Below, in pieces: positions 47,344-55,868 of a DNA stretch of 64,000 nt; the first letter of the stretch is position 1; every line of letters begins with the position of its first letter. Position numbers and translations under genes: made by a program. The stretch spans positions 176,364 to 240,363 of the IMG/VR virus record IMGVR_UViG_3300046003_007892; one strand, given 5' to 3'. Under the pieces are notes generated by a model. It worked only from the letters and a program-made list of their open reading frames with translations. It had not been told where the DNA came from and ran no database searches.

Positions 47344-47882
47344 TAGTCGTCCTTGAGGGTCAGGCGGGCGGCAGTGAAAATGGAGCGGAACGCAGCCGGG
47401 TTTTCGAGGACGGGGCTGTGGAAATCATTGATATATTCTTTTTCGACAGTTCCCGTCTCGATTCCGTAGAGGGCCATCCAATAATGGAGGATTCGGGGGT
47501 CATGTTGGGTCAGTCGGATACCGGAGTGTTTCTCCAGTTCGGCCATGGCTTCGAAATAGAGCGGCAGTGTTGTGGGACCGAATGCAGCATGCTCGACCAC
47601 GTCCACGCCGCCATCAAAACGAGTCAACTGCGTGAATGGTTTCGGCACCGCCCCTTCGGGCGCACGAGCGTTTAGCCACGCCTCGAAACCCGCCTCGGCG
47701 CAACCGACATAGAACCGGACGAACATGGTGGTGTCGGGGTCCAGGGTGTCGGGTGTGCACCTGACTATCTTGCCGCCGATTTCGAGCTTGTGGTGACCAA
47801 AGCGGCGTTTGCCATGACGGAGCAAAGCAACGATCAGCCAGCGGAGATCGCGCACATCCTGGGGGTCTGCGGGGCTCATCAT
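47343..47882 (-). CDS. Hypothetical protein, paralog of 47879
   Basis: ATGA overlap; DLRWL...G.RR, RFDG, W..LYG. Confidence 0.6.
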   Translation of the reverse strand: MMSPADPQDVRDLRWLIVALLRHGKRRFGHHKLEIGGKIVRCTPDTLDPDTTMFVRFYVGCAEAGFEAWLNARAPEGAVPKPFTQLTRFDGGVDVVEHAAFGPTTLPLYFEAMAELEKHSGIRLTQHDPRILHYWMALYGIETGTVEKEYINDFHSPVLENPAAFRSIFTAARLTLKDD

Positions 47883-48376
47883 TTGTCTCCGAAGAGGAGT
47901 TTGGCCATCACGAGCGTCCTGATCAGTTCGTCCTCGCCCCACCGGACAGGCGGCCCGGCGACACCATAGAGGAGCAGCCAGTGCCCGAGGTAGCGGTCAT
48001 CATAATCGGTGATTTTCTGCTTTCGATATTCGGCGAAATCCTTCGCGGCCTCGCGAAACTGTGGAAGTTCGCTGTATTGCATGATGCGCGAGGGAATGCG
48101 GGGCGCGACCCTTACACCGTCGAAACGAACCAGGATTTGATCGCGATCTACGCGGCAATGTGCGGGGACCTCGTAGGCGACGCTGACCGACCAGATCGTT
48201 AGGCGATCTTTTTCACCAGAGAGCACCATCGTGGTTTCGCCCTTTCGGCCCGAAGGAGCCACGAGGATTTGCAGGCGAACCACGACGCCGGATATCCGTA
48301 GATGAAAGGTGTCGAGGCGGCGCCTCCCATTAAGGATGACGGCCAACATAAGGCTGCGGAGGTCGGCTCGCATCAC
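47879..48376 (-). CDS. Hypothetical protein, paralog of 47343
   Basis: DLRSL...G.RR, RFDG, W..LYG. Confidence 0.6.
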   Translation of the reverse strand: MMRADLRSLMLAVILNGRRRLDTFHLRISGVVVRLQILVAPSGRKGETTMVLSGEKDRLTIWSVSVAYEVPAHCRVDRDQILVRFDGVRVAPRIPSRIMQYSELPQFREAAKDFAEYRKQKITDYDDRYLGHWLLLYGVAGPPVRWGEDELIRTLVMAKLLFGDK

Positions 48377-48771
48377 GCGGCCTCGTAGAGGTCGTCGGCC
48401 ACGATGGGGTGGCCAGACAGTTCGAGCAGACGGAGGAACCAGTCCATGAACACCGGCCCATGGTCGAGACTGTGTCCATCACGGCCAGATAGGTAGTGGG
48501 CGAGTTCGTGCAGGACCACGGCCTTGTTCGACCACTCGCGGATGTAAATCCGCAGCGTGTCGTGGGTGACCAGCCCGAGGACGTTGGCCGCCTCCGGGGA
48601 GGTCCGCAGGCAGCGAACCTTCGGCTGCTCATAGCCGAGGCGGTCGCACAGTTCGCGAATGACCACGCGCGCCGCGCCGATGTGGAGCGGCGACGGGAAG
48701 CGTCTGAACAAGACCGCTTCCTGCCATGCATACACGCGCTGGGACTCGGGGCACTCGACCGCGTAAGTCAC
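48373..48771 (-). CDS. Zincin (SprT-like) metallopeptidase domain protein
   Basis: VVLHELAHY...HG.VF. Confidence 0.7.
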   Translation of the reverse strand: MTYAVECPESQRVYAWQEAVLFRRFPSPLHIGAARVVIRELCDRLGYEQPKVRCLRTSPEAANVLGLVTHDTLRIYIREWSNKAVVLHELAHYLSGRDGHSLDHGPVFMDWFLRLLELSGHPIVADDLYEAA

Positions 48772-50393
48772 ATCGCCTCCGGGACCTGGATGGTCAGGAG
48801 CCGCAGCGCGTAGTCGAGTTGGTGCTTAACCACCATGGTGAGATAGACCCGCGACGGGTCACCCAGCACGGTGGTGTGCGCGTAATAGGACGAGAACATC
48901 TGCGCGAGGTTGTAGGCATGATCGGCGATCATGTTCGGAGCCATCTTGTCACCGGCCGCCGCGATGATCTCGCGGAACCGATACAGGACCAGGGCGATGG
49001 CCTTTTCCTCCACCGTCGTGAGCTTCACGTCGAAGAACCGGAACCCATCGGGCATAGGGTCGGCCTTGCGCAGGATGGCGGCCATCCGAACGCTTTGATA
49101 GCAGAGATAGGGACCGGTCTTTCCCTCGAACGACAGGAAGCGGTCGAGGTCGAAGACATAGTTGGTCGAACGATGCGTCGAGAGATCGGCGAACTTGATG
49201 GCCGCCATCGCGATCAGTTCTGCCGTGATCGGGTCGGGGTTGCGCTCCAGGGCTTTCTCATAGGCGGCGTTGAGGAGATCGCCCAACTTAGGCGTTCCGC
49301 CGTCACGGGTCTTGAGAGGTTTGCCGTCCGGGCCGTTCACGGTGCCGAAGCCGACGTGGGTGAGTTTGACCTTGTCGGGCACGGTCTGGGCCACCTGCGC
49401 GACCTCGAAGAGTTGCTTGAAGTGCAGGGCCTGCCGTTGATCGACCACGTAGACGATCTCATCGGGGTCCCGAACCTTCCGGTCCTTGATGGTGGCGAGG
49501 TCGGTCGCAGCATAGAGGGCGGCGCCTTCGGAGTTGCGAAGGATGAGGGGCGTGTCGCCCGTGACCTTGACGATGATCGCACCATCGGACTCGACGGCGA
49601 TGCCCTGGTCGAGGAGTTCGTCGATCATGGGCTCCACCATGCCACCGACGCTGCTCTCGCCGTGCAGGGCGTCGAACGACACATCCAGCCGATTGATCTC
49701 CGGCAGGATGGCGGACTTGGTGAGTTCGACCAGCCGTTCCCAGATCGCGGTCGCGGCGGGTTGTTTGGTCTGAAGGCACATGACGGCTTTCTGCGCCGCC
49801 TTGCGGAAAGTCTCGTCGGCCTTCGCCCGTGCGCTGCACGCCGGATAAAGGGTTTCGAGATCGGCGAACGTCAGAGCGTCGAGGTCGATGCCGTCGATCT
49901 CGATGGCGGTGATCAGCAGGCCCATCTGGAGACCCCAGTCACCCCAGTGGATGTCGGAGATGACGTAGTTGTTCCGGGCCCGAAGGATGCGCTTGAGGCT
50001 CTCACCGATCAGCAGGGAGCGGAGGTGACCGACGTGCATCGGCTTGGCGATGTTGGGGCCGCCGTAGTCGAGAATGTAGGTCTTTCCGAACGTGGTCAGG
50101 CTCGGATTGGCCATCGCACGAATGACGTCCTCGACTGGAACCATGATGTTGATGTAGCCCGGCGCCACGGCCGAGAAGACGTAGTCGGACGGTGGAATCC
50201 CGGCGATGATTTTCTCCGCCAGTTCCAGCGGTTTCATCTTCATCTGTTTGGCGGCCCGAAGAGCCGCGACCGAAGTCAGGTCGGCGATCTCGGCCCGCTC
50301 GCTCCACTGGACATTCGCGGGGACGTCAACGCCAGCGGCTTGAAGGCCGCTGGCGAGCAGTTCGTTTACTTTGCTGAACAAATCCGACATCAC
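48768..50393 (-). CDS. argS: Arginyl-tRNA synthetase
   Basis: DYGGPNIAKPMHVGHLRS (HIGH), HWGDWGLQMG, YAATDLA, YVVD.RQ..HF, KPLKTR.G, SFEG.TGPYL.Y. Confidence 0.95.
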   Translation of the reverse strand: MMSDLFSKVNELLASGLQAAGVDVPANVQWSERAEIADLTSVAALRAAKQMKMKPLELAEKIIAGIPPSDYVFSAVAPGYINIMVPVEDVIRAMANPSLTTFGKTYILDYGGPNIAKPMHVGHLRSLLIGESLKRILRARNNYVISDIHWGDWGLQMGLLITAIEIDGIDLDALTFADLETLYPACSARAKADETFRKAAQKAVMCLQTKQPAATAIWERLVELTKSAILPEINRLDVSFDALHGESSVGGMVEPMIDELLDQGIAVESDGAIIVKVTGDTPLILRNSEGAALYAATDLATIKDRKVRDPDEIVYVVDQRQALHFKQLFEVAQVAQTVPDKVKLTHVGFGTVNGPDGKPLKTRDGGTPKLGDLLNAAYEKALERNPDPITAELIAMAAIKFADLSTHRSTNYVFDLDRFLSFEGKTGPYLCYQSVRMAAILRKADPMPDGFRFFDVKLTTVEEKAIALVLYRFREIIAAAGDKMAPNMIADHAYNLAQMFSSYYAHTTVLGDPSRVYLTMVVKHQLDYALRLLTIQVPEAM

Positions 50394-50437
50394 ATCCCTA
50401 TACCACGGTCAGTGGTGTTGTCGATGATTTTTTGGGT

Positions 50438-50893
50438 TTACGAAACCTTGTTGGTCTTCGCCAGACCGTAGAGGTAGCAGCCCCGCATCTGGTCGGCCAG
50501 TTCGGCGTAGGCGGCGAGGCGTTCCTGTTCGAGCAGGTTCGAGGTGACCGACGTCGAACGCTTCGGCGACTTGGCCATCTGGACGATGCGGTCCTGCATG
50601 TTCTTGCGGACGTATTCGAAATAGGCCGTCGAGTCGGCGATGCCGGACTCGACCGTCCCGCCAGCGGCGACCGCAGCGATATTGTCGCGGGTCATGATGG
50701 CCGACTTCAGGAAATCGTTGACGATGTCGAGCTTAGCGGCAGCTTCGAAGAGCTTGCCGCTCCATTCCAGCGTGCGCATCGGGGATTCGACGAGTTCCAT
50801 CGCGCCCAGCTTGATGGCCTGCTTGGAGGCGTCACGCATGGTTTCCAGGTGAGCGATGAAAAGGTCGAGATCGATTTGATCGGCTTCAAACAT
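50438..50893 (-). CDS. Hypothetical protein
   Basis: GAGGAG RBS; own promoter. Confidence 0.7.
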   Translation of the reverse strand: MFEADQIDLDLFIAHLETMRDASKQAIKLGAMELVESPMRTLEWSGKLFEAAAKLDIVNDFLKSAIMTRDNIAAVAAGGTVESGIADSTAYFEYVRKNMQDRIVQMAKSPKRSTSVTSNLLEQERLAAYAELADQMRGCYLYGLAKTNKVS

Positions 50894-50920
50894 GGTGTTT
50901 CTCCTCAGTTCCTAGAGCCG

Positions 50921-50948
50921 AAGATACACCACGTCAGTTTCTTGTCAA
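50921..50948 (-). promoter_or_regulatory. Sigma70-type early promoter
   Basis: Minus strand TTGACA-N16-TATCTT. Confidence 0.7.
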
Positions 50949-53236
50949 GTAAATGATTGCTCTTTTTCGCGCTTCTTCGATTTCGCACGAGCGGAGGACT
51001 TGGCGAACGTCATTCCGTCCACGAACTTGATGCGGTATTTGGAATGCAGATCGTTTTCCTCAATGAGGCGGTCCACAATCGCCATGGCCTCGAAGCTATA
51101 CCGGTAGCGGCTCACCAGCATGGAATTCAAGGTTCCGTCTTTCCACGCCCCGTAGTGGGCTTCAACGTCTTTGTCCCGAAGGAGCAAGAGACTGGAGCCA
51201 CGCGGAATTTTCAGGGACGGGGAGTTGACCAGCCATTCGGATTCATCGTTGAAAACTTTCGAGAGTCTCGCGAGCGCGTCCACCAGAGCGACCTGAATGT
51301 CTTCGACGCGCAGTTCGGTCTCGAAGTCCTGCGTGGACCAGTTGTTCCACTCTTTTGCCGCCGCCAGGAGGCTCTGGTAGAGGGCCTGGGAGAACTCCTG
51401 CGGGCTGTTCGGGCGGAAGCCCAAACGGTCGAACTCGTCTCCGGCCTTCCAGCCCAGATTGTTGTATTCGATGGCGTGGGCGACGTTGGGGTTGATCGAT
51501 TTCATGGTCGGCGTCATGTAACCGACGATGTTGTTGATCATGCCCGTGCGACCAAGCTTGGTCTCGGGGTCCTTCGCCCAGATGCGATAGATGGCGCGGA
51601 GGTTGTCGGCGCAGAGATAGTTGGGGTCATCGTAGGCGACCTTCTCGATCTTGTTAGCAGCGAACACAGCCTTGGGGTCCATGACGAGGCAGCAGTTGCC
51701 CGACGTATGGAAGAAGTTGAGCATGATCTGACGGCTGTCCGAGATGCCCTTGACGCCGTGGAGTTCCATGTTGGCGATGTCTTGAAGAGCCCGCATGCTT
51801 TGCTCGTGTTCGCGGTCGCTGGTCGGCAGGCGAGTGACGAGCCAGAACTTGGTCGGGTCGGTATTTTCGACCAAAGTCTTCTGACTTTCTTCGACCTCTT
51901 CTCGTCCGCGAATCATGCGCAGGAAAGAGGTGGTCTTCATCATTCTCTCAAGGCCCTGGCCCGAGGCCGTGAGGGCGTATCCTTCGAAGTTGATCAGCGA
52001 GCCGCCGCGCCAGTCGGTCCCTGCAATGTGGGGCTCGTGTGAGACGGGGAGGAAGATGTGGAAGCGGGTCGGGTAGTGATCATACGAAATCCCCAGTGCC
52101 TTCATGACGTTGAGGTGGATGTCCGCAGACGCTTGCCACACATAGGTGTTCTCGCCATCCGATACGCCTCGGAGATCGTCGCCTCGGTCCATCATGGCCA
52201 GCACTTCCGCCTTGCGGGGGTTCACGGTCACCTTGACGCCTTCGGCCCATTCGATGCGGCCTTCTGAGAGGTAGCCAGGACGCTTGCCTCCCAGCATGCA
52301 GATTTGCTCGCTCGCGCCTTCCTGGCGGGCTAGAGCGGTATAGAAGGCCGGGTTGGCGATGAAGGTGCCTTCGCCGCCGTAGATGGCCTCGGGGAGCATT
52401 GAGAGGGTCTCGTCGAGGAGGGTCGGACCCAGGAGTTCGGGAACCACCATACCGGAGCATCGGGCGAGATCGGCCGTCTCCGGGGTGACGTAGCCCCAGA
52501 GGGGGAGTTGCTGACTGGCGGTCTCGAACCCACGGAGGACCATCTCGGGCTTACCAACGGCGGCCATAACCTTGAACATCCCGCTGCCCTGCATGCGGGT
52601 CGCGAGGTATCCGGTCTTGTCGCCGTAGAAAGTCCAGTTGCGGGCTCGGCTCTCGAACTTGGCAGCCGTCCAGTCACCGAACACCCGATGGGCTTCCTTG
52701 ACCCCGATGGCGTTCGGGCCCGACGACGCACCTTCGAGGATGGCGTTCGTGCGCAGCTTTTTCTCTTTGGTCTTGTGCTTGCCCGTGGAGGGTTCGGCGA
52801 AAATCTCTGGCCCGAGCAGGATTTTGCCCCGGTAGGGTTCGATGCTTTCGATGTCGAGCTTGGAGCCGTTGTAGGTGATCGTGACGTGCGAGTTGTAGTC
52901 ATCAAACTTCCACGCGGCGCCGTGATCGAGAAAATCCTGCCAACGGGAGTTGAGGTGATCGTTCTGGATGGTGAGCACAATCGCGCCGCCATCGAACTCA
53001 ACGATCTCGCGCTTGTCTGCGTTCTTGACGCTAACTTCTTCTTTGCCCTTGCCGCATTCAGACCAGACTACTGGGTCCGCCGAATGGCAAACAGTGACGT
53101 GGAGGTTGGACATGACAGTCCTCATACCCTGCTCTTCTGCCCACTCTTCAATATCGGCAATGTTCAACACTTTCCTCTTTACATAAAGGGGTCGTGCTTT
53201 TGCTAGTTTCGAGGAGGCAAGTTCATCTAGTCGCAT
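50945..53236 (-). CDS. Multidomain protein: N-terminal Acb1/T4 gp57B-like 2H phosphoesterase, GNAT-like module, NP..LR..YVW module, possible ART-like C-terminal module
   Basis: Start MRLDEL (763 aa); PLYV.RKV, HVTVCHS, GA.WKFDDYNSHVTITYN, LGPEIFAE = two HxT motifs. Confidence 0.8.
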   Translation of the reverse strand: MRLDELASSKLAKARPLYVKRKVLNIADIEEWAEEQGMRTVMSNLHVTVCHSADPVVWSECGKGKEEVSVKNADKREIVEFDGGAIVLTIQNDHLNSRWQDFLDHGAAWKFDDYNSHVTITYNGSKLDIESIEPYRGKILLGPEIFAEPSTGKHKTKEKKLRTNAILEGASSGPNAIGVKEAHRVFGDWTAAKFESRARNWTFYGDKTGYLATRMQGSGMFKVMAAVGKPEMVLRGFETASQQLPLWGYVTPETADLARCSGMVVPELLGPTLLDETLSMLPEAIYGGEGTFIANPAFYTALARQEGASEQICMLGGKRPGYLSEGRIEWAEGVKVTVNPRKAEVLAMMDRGDDLRGVSDGENTYVWQASADIHLNVMKALGISYDHYPTRFHIFLPVSHEPHIAGTDWRGGSLINFEGYALTASGQGLERMMKTTSFLRMIRGREEVEESQKTLVENTDPTKFWLVTRLPTSDREHEQSMRALQDIANMELHGVKGISDSRQIMLNFFHTSGNCCLVMDPKAVFAANKIEKVAYDDPNYLCADNLRAIYRIWAKDPETKLGRTGMINNIVGYMTPTMKSINPNVAHAIEYNNLGWKAGDEFDRLGFRPNSPQEFSQALYQSLLAAAKEWNNWSTQDFETELRVEDIQVALVDALARLSKVFNDESEWLVNSPSLKIPRGSSLLLLRDKDVEAHYGAWKDGTLNSMLVSRYRYSFEAMAIVDRLIEENDLHSKYRIKFVDGMTFAKSSARAKSKKREKEQSFT

Positions 53237-53261
53237 TGGTTCCACTATACAGGGGTCGGGG

Positions 53262-53267
53262 TATTTA
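53262..53267 (-). promoter_or_regulatory. Putative late promoter TAAATA
   Basis: 25 nt upstream of ATG 53236. Confidence 0.55.
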
Positions 53268-53330
53268 TGACCAATTACCTGTGGGATATTTTGGTTGACC
53301 AAAGCCCGCCATTGCTGCATATGCGGGCCA

Positions 53331-53648
53331 ATGCGCCCCATATTTCTCGACGACATCCGCGTGCCGCGATCATCTCCGCCATCGGGCTGGTGGGTGGTCC
53401 TCCGCGATGCTCAGATGACGAAGGACTACATCCTCGAACACGGATGCCCGGACCACATCTCGTTCGACCATGACCTCGGAGACCCTAAGGCCGAGACCGG
53501 CTATGACGTGGCGAAATGGCTCGTCGAGATGGACCTCGATAAGCCCGGCTTCCTCCCAGAGAATTTCACGTTCGCCGTCCACAGCGCGAACCCCGTGGGC
53601 GCCAAGAACATCCGCGAATATCTGACCGCCTACCTGGGTGTCCGATGA
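53331..53648 (+). CDS. Cyclic-phosphate-processing receiver (cREC) domain protein
   Basis: IFLDDIR.P, ISFDHDLG, TGYDVAKWL, VHSANPVG..NI. Confidence 0.8.
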   Translation: MRPIFLDDIRVPRSSPPSGWWVVLRDAQMTKDYILEHGCPDHISFDHDLGDPKAETGYDVAKWLVEMDLDKPGFLPENFTFAVHSANPVGAKNIREYLTAYLGVR

Positions 53649-53959
53649 GCGATCAAATCCGAGATTTCAGAACCAACTCGGAAATGCCGTGGTATCTCTT
53701 CTCCGAGCATGAGCCGGAGATCGGGCAAATGATCTGGATACTCGTCGAGGAGGATACCTGCGACGACGAGTCCTATCCCGACATCCGCAAAGTGGTCGCG
53801 AAGATCATCTCCGACGAGAACGGCGATCACTGGGTCTTCGAACTCCTGGACTGGGACGTAGACATCGACGGTCCCGGCCACCGGGGCGCGGGCTATCTCA
53901 ATGGCAACTGGCACACCGTCAAGGCATGGCGGGCAATGACCATCACGGGTGACGTATGA
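53645..53959 (+). CDS. Hypothetical protein
   Basis: ATGA overlap. Confidence 0.6.
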   Translation: MSDQIRDFRTNSEMPWYLFSEHEPEIGQMIWILVEEDTCDDESYPDIRKVVAKIISDENGDHWVFELLDWDVDIDGPGHRGAGYLNGNWHTVKAWRAMTITGDV

Positions 53960-54339
53960 CGCAATATTCGGGACGAACCACCGCCTCTGTGCACAAGTTC
54001 GATGACTGGGCCGAAAAGGACGTCAGCGGCGTCGCACCGGCAATTCGCCAAATCTATCTGTTCGAAGTTCAGTGGAGCGATTGCCCGGTGGAAGTCGAAA
54101 CAGAAGTCAAGAAGCTCTGGCGATGGCAAGAACTCGGCAACGATTTCTATTATTTCTCGTGGGACCGCGACGCCGACGCCTACATTGGCGAAGACGAACT
54201 CCGCGACGGCGGGAGGACGGCGAACCCTATCGGGGGCGTGATCGGCGAAGACTCAAAACTTCACCTCGTCTTCCCGATGATCGACGAGTACCTGATGAGC
54301 AAGGGCGTCGAGAAATGCCTCATTCACTGGTGGTGGTAA
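53956..54339 (+). CDS. Hypothetical protein
   Basis: ATGA overlap; ends CLIHWWW. Confidence 0.65.
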   Translation: MTQYSGRTTASVHKFDDWAEKDVSGVAPAIRQIYLFEVQWSDCPVEVETEVKKLWRWQELGNDFYYFSWDRDADAYIGEDELRDGGRTANPIGGVIGEDSKLHLVFPMIDEYLMSKGVEKCLIHWWW

Positions 54340-54340
54340 G

Positions 54341-54679
54341 ATGTTCTGGAAAAAGAAAAAGGTCACCGAGATCACTGCACCGGTTCCCGATGAACCCCGC
54401 GTCCGCACCGTCGTGTTCGATGCCGACACGTTGGAGCGCGCCTATCGCGATGTGAAGCATGTCGGGTTCTCGCGCTCAGTGATGAACTCCGACAACGTCC
54501 TGGCTCTCCTCATGCTGGCCAGAATGGGGCTCGAAACAGTGCCGGGGAAAGTCTTCACGCTGTCGATCACGACCGGCGCGGCCAGTCTGGATTCTCTGGC
54601 CGACGTGGCTGGGGTGCCCCAGATGCGTCCGGCAACTCCTTCAGAGGTGTTCGAAGAATTGCACCCGCCGCTCAGTTAG
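54341..54679 (+). CDS. Hypothetical protein
   Basis: Abuts upstream stop. Confidence 0.55.
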   Translation: MFWKKKKVTEITAPVPDEPRVRTVVFDADTLERAYRDVKHVGFSRSVMNSDNVLALLMLARMGLETVPGKVFTLSITTGAASLDSLADVAGVPQMRPATPSEVFEELHPPLS

Positions 54680-55257
54680 GGGAACCGCTGCACCCAGCGT
54701 TCACCAGCCGCGATCACCGCCATCGTTTCGGCGTCGTTTGGAAGGGCTTCACGAACGCATTCGCAGTAGCGGGCGAAACCTGCTCGGTCGATCATCAGGC
54801 CCGTGATGTAGCGGTCCAGGTTGTTCACGTCGCCGAAGACGCATTCTTCGAGTTCGTCATCCCCGTCGCCAAAATCCACCATTTCGAGACCATCGCTGTG
54901 GAAGCATACGGAAAAGAACTCGTAGTCTCGGTGTAGGGCTTGTCGGTTGAACTCCATGACTACGCCTTGGCCACCAGCAATCATTTCTGCTTTGTGGGAT
55001 ACGAGTTCGTGATCTTCCTCGAACTTGGTGTAATCGAAATCGCTATACTGGGATAGCTGGCCCCGCCGAGCGAGATCAATTGCGCTCCCGCAGAAACGCT
55101 TCGCGACCTCGGGGTCGAGGGTGAAGCTAGCTTGGTCTTCGCCGCCGTAGGCGCCAATCATGTTGTGATGTGCAATGAAGCAGAACCCCGTCATGGACGT
55201 CCCGTGATAGAGATGCGCCGGACGCTGTGATTCCGTCAGATTCATCCACTCGCGCAT
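54676..55257 (-). CDS. ADP-ribosyltransferase-fold protein
   Basis: Leader MREWMNLTE; LYHGTS, SFTLDPEVAKRF, GVVMEF, DELEECV. Confidence 0.65.
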   Translation of the reverse strand: MREWMNLTESQRPAHLYHGTSMTGFCFIAHHNMIGAYGGEDQASFTLDPEVAKRFCGSAIDLARRGQLSQYSDFDYTKFEEDHELVSHKAEMIAGGQGVVMEFNRQALHRDYEFFSVCFHSDGLEMVDFGDGDDELEECVFGDVNNLDRYITGLMIDRAGFARYCECVREALPNDAETMAVIAAGERWVQRFP

Positions 55258-55258
55258 G

Positions 55259-55582
55259 TTAGCCCACAGTCTTCCTGATCGCGCGGTTCTCAGCCATGGC
55301 GATGGCCTCGGCCTTGCGGAGCAACAGGAGATCGAGGCCAAGCGACTTGAACTCTTCCTTGATGTCGCCCTGGAGGGTCAACCAGTCGTCGCCAACGCGC
55401 TTCATGATGGCGGTTCCGGCCGGGCGCCGGTTGTAGAAGACCGTGTAGGCGATGTTGTCTCCAACGCGCTCTTCTTCGATATTCACGAGCTTCATATCCG
55501 CAGAGACGTCTTCGTCAATCTGCTGGACGGGGAGTTTGAGCGTGGGGTCGATGCGCTTGTAGTGTTCGAGGAAGCTGGGCAT
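55259..55582 (-). CDS. Hypothetical protein, GNAT-like fragment
   Basis: Leader MPSFLE; IKEEFKSLGL..LL...AE. Confidence 0.6.
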   Translation of the reverse strand: MPSFLEHYKRIDPTLKLPVQQIDEDVSADMKLVNIEEERVGDNIAYTVFYNRRPAGTAIMKRVGDDWLTLQGDIKEEFKSLGLDLLLLRKAEAIAMAENRAIRKTVG

Positions 55583-55586
55583 GGCT

Positions 55587-55592
55587 TATTTA
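55587..55592 (-). promoter_or_regulatory. Putative late promoter TAAATA
   Basis: 4 nt before ATG 55582. Confidence 0.6.
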
Positions 55593-55868
55593 TGCCAGAC
55601 GAAGCTTCCATTCGAAAAAACACGCCTGTGCACGGACGAGATCGCTTGCTTGGGTGAAGTGCCAGGGTCGCCCTATTCCTCGCATGACTGACCAGCCGGG
55701 ACCGAATACGGCGTCGGACGTGGTGCCGTGGTGAACCCAAACTCCGATCTCGTCCATTACCGCTCGTCCATCAATGATATAGCGATGGATGGCACGGCTA
55801 GGCCGCGTGATCTTCACCCACTCACGCAGGATTTCGAGGTTCTCCGGCGTGAGTGGGTGTTCGGTCAC
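55590..55868 (-). CDS. Hypothetical protein
   Basis: GTGA overlap with cca stop; start VTEHPL. Confidence 0.5.
   Translation of the reverse strand: MTEHPLTPENLEILREWVKITRPSRAIHRYIIDGRAVMDEIGVWVHHGTTSDAVFGPGWSVMRGIGRPWHFTQASDLVRAQACFFEWKLRLA

Noticed and set aside
48726-50471. 581-aa plus-strand ORF (also 55853-57166 and 50957-52042)
   Set aside because: Antisense shadows of argS, cca and the Acb1 fusion.
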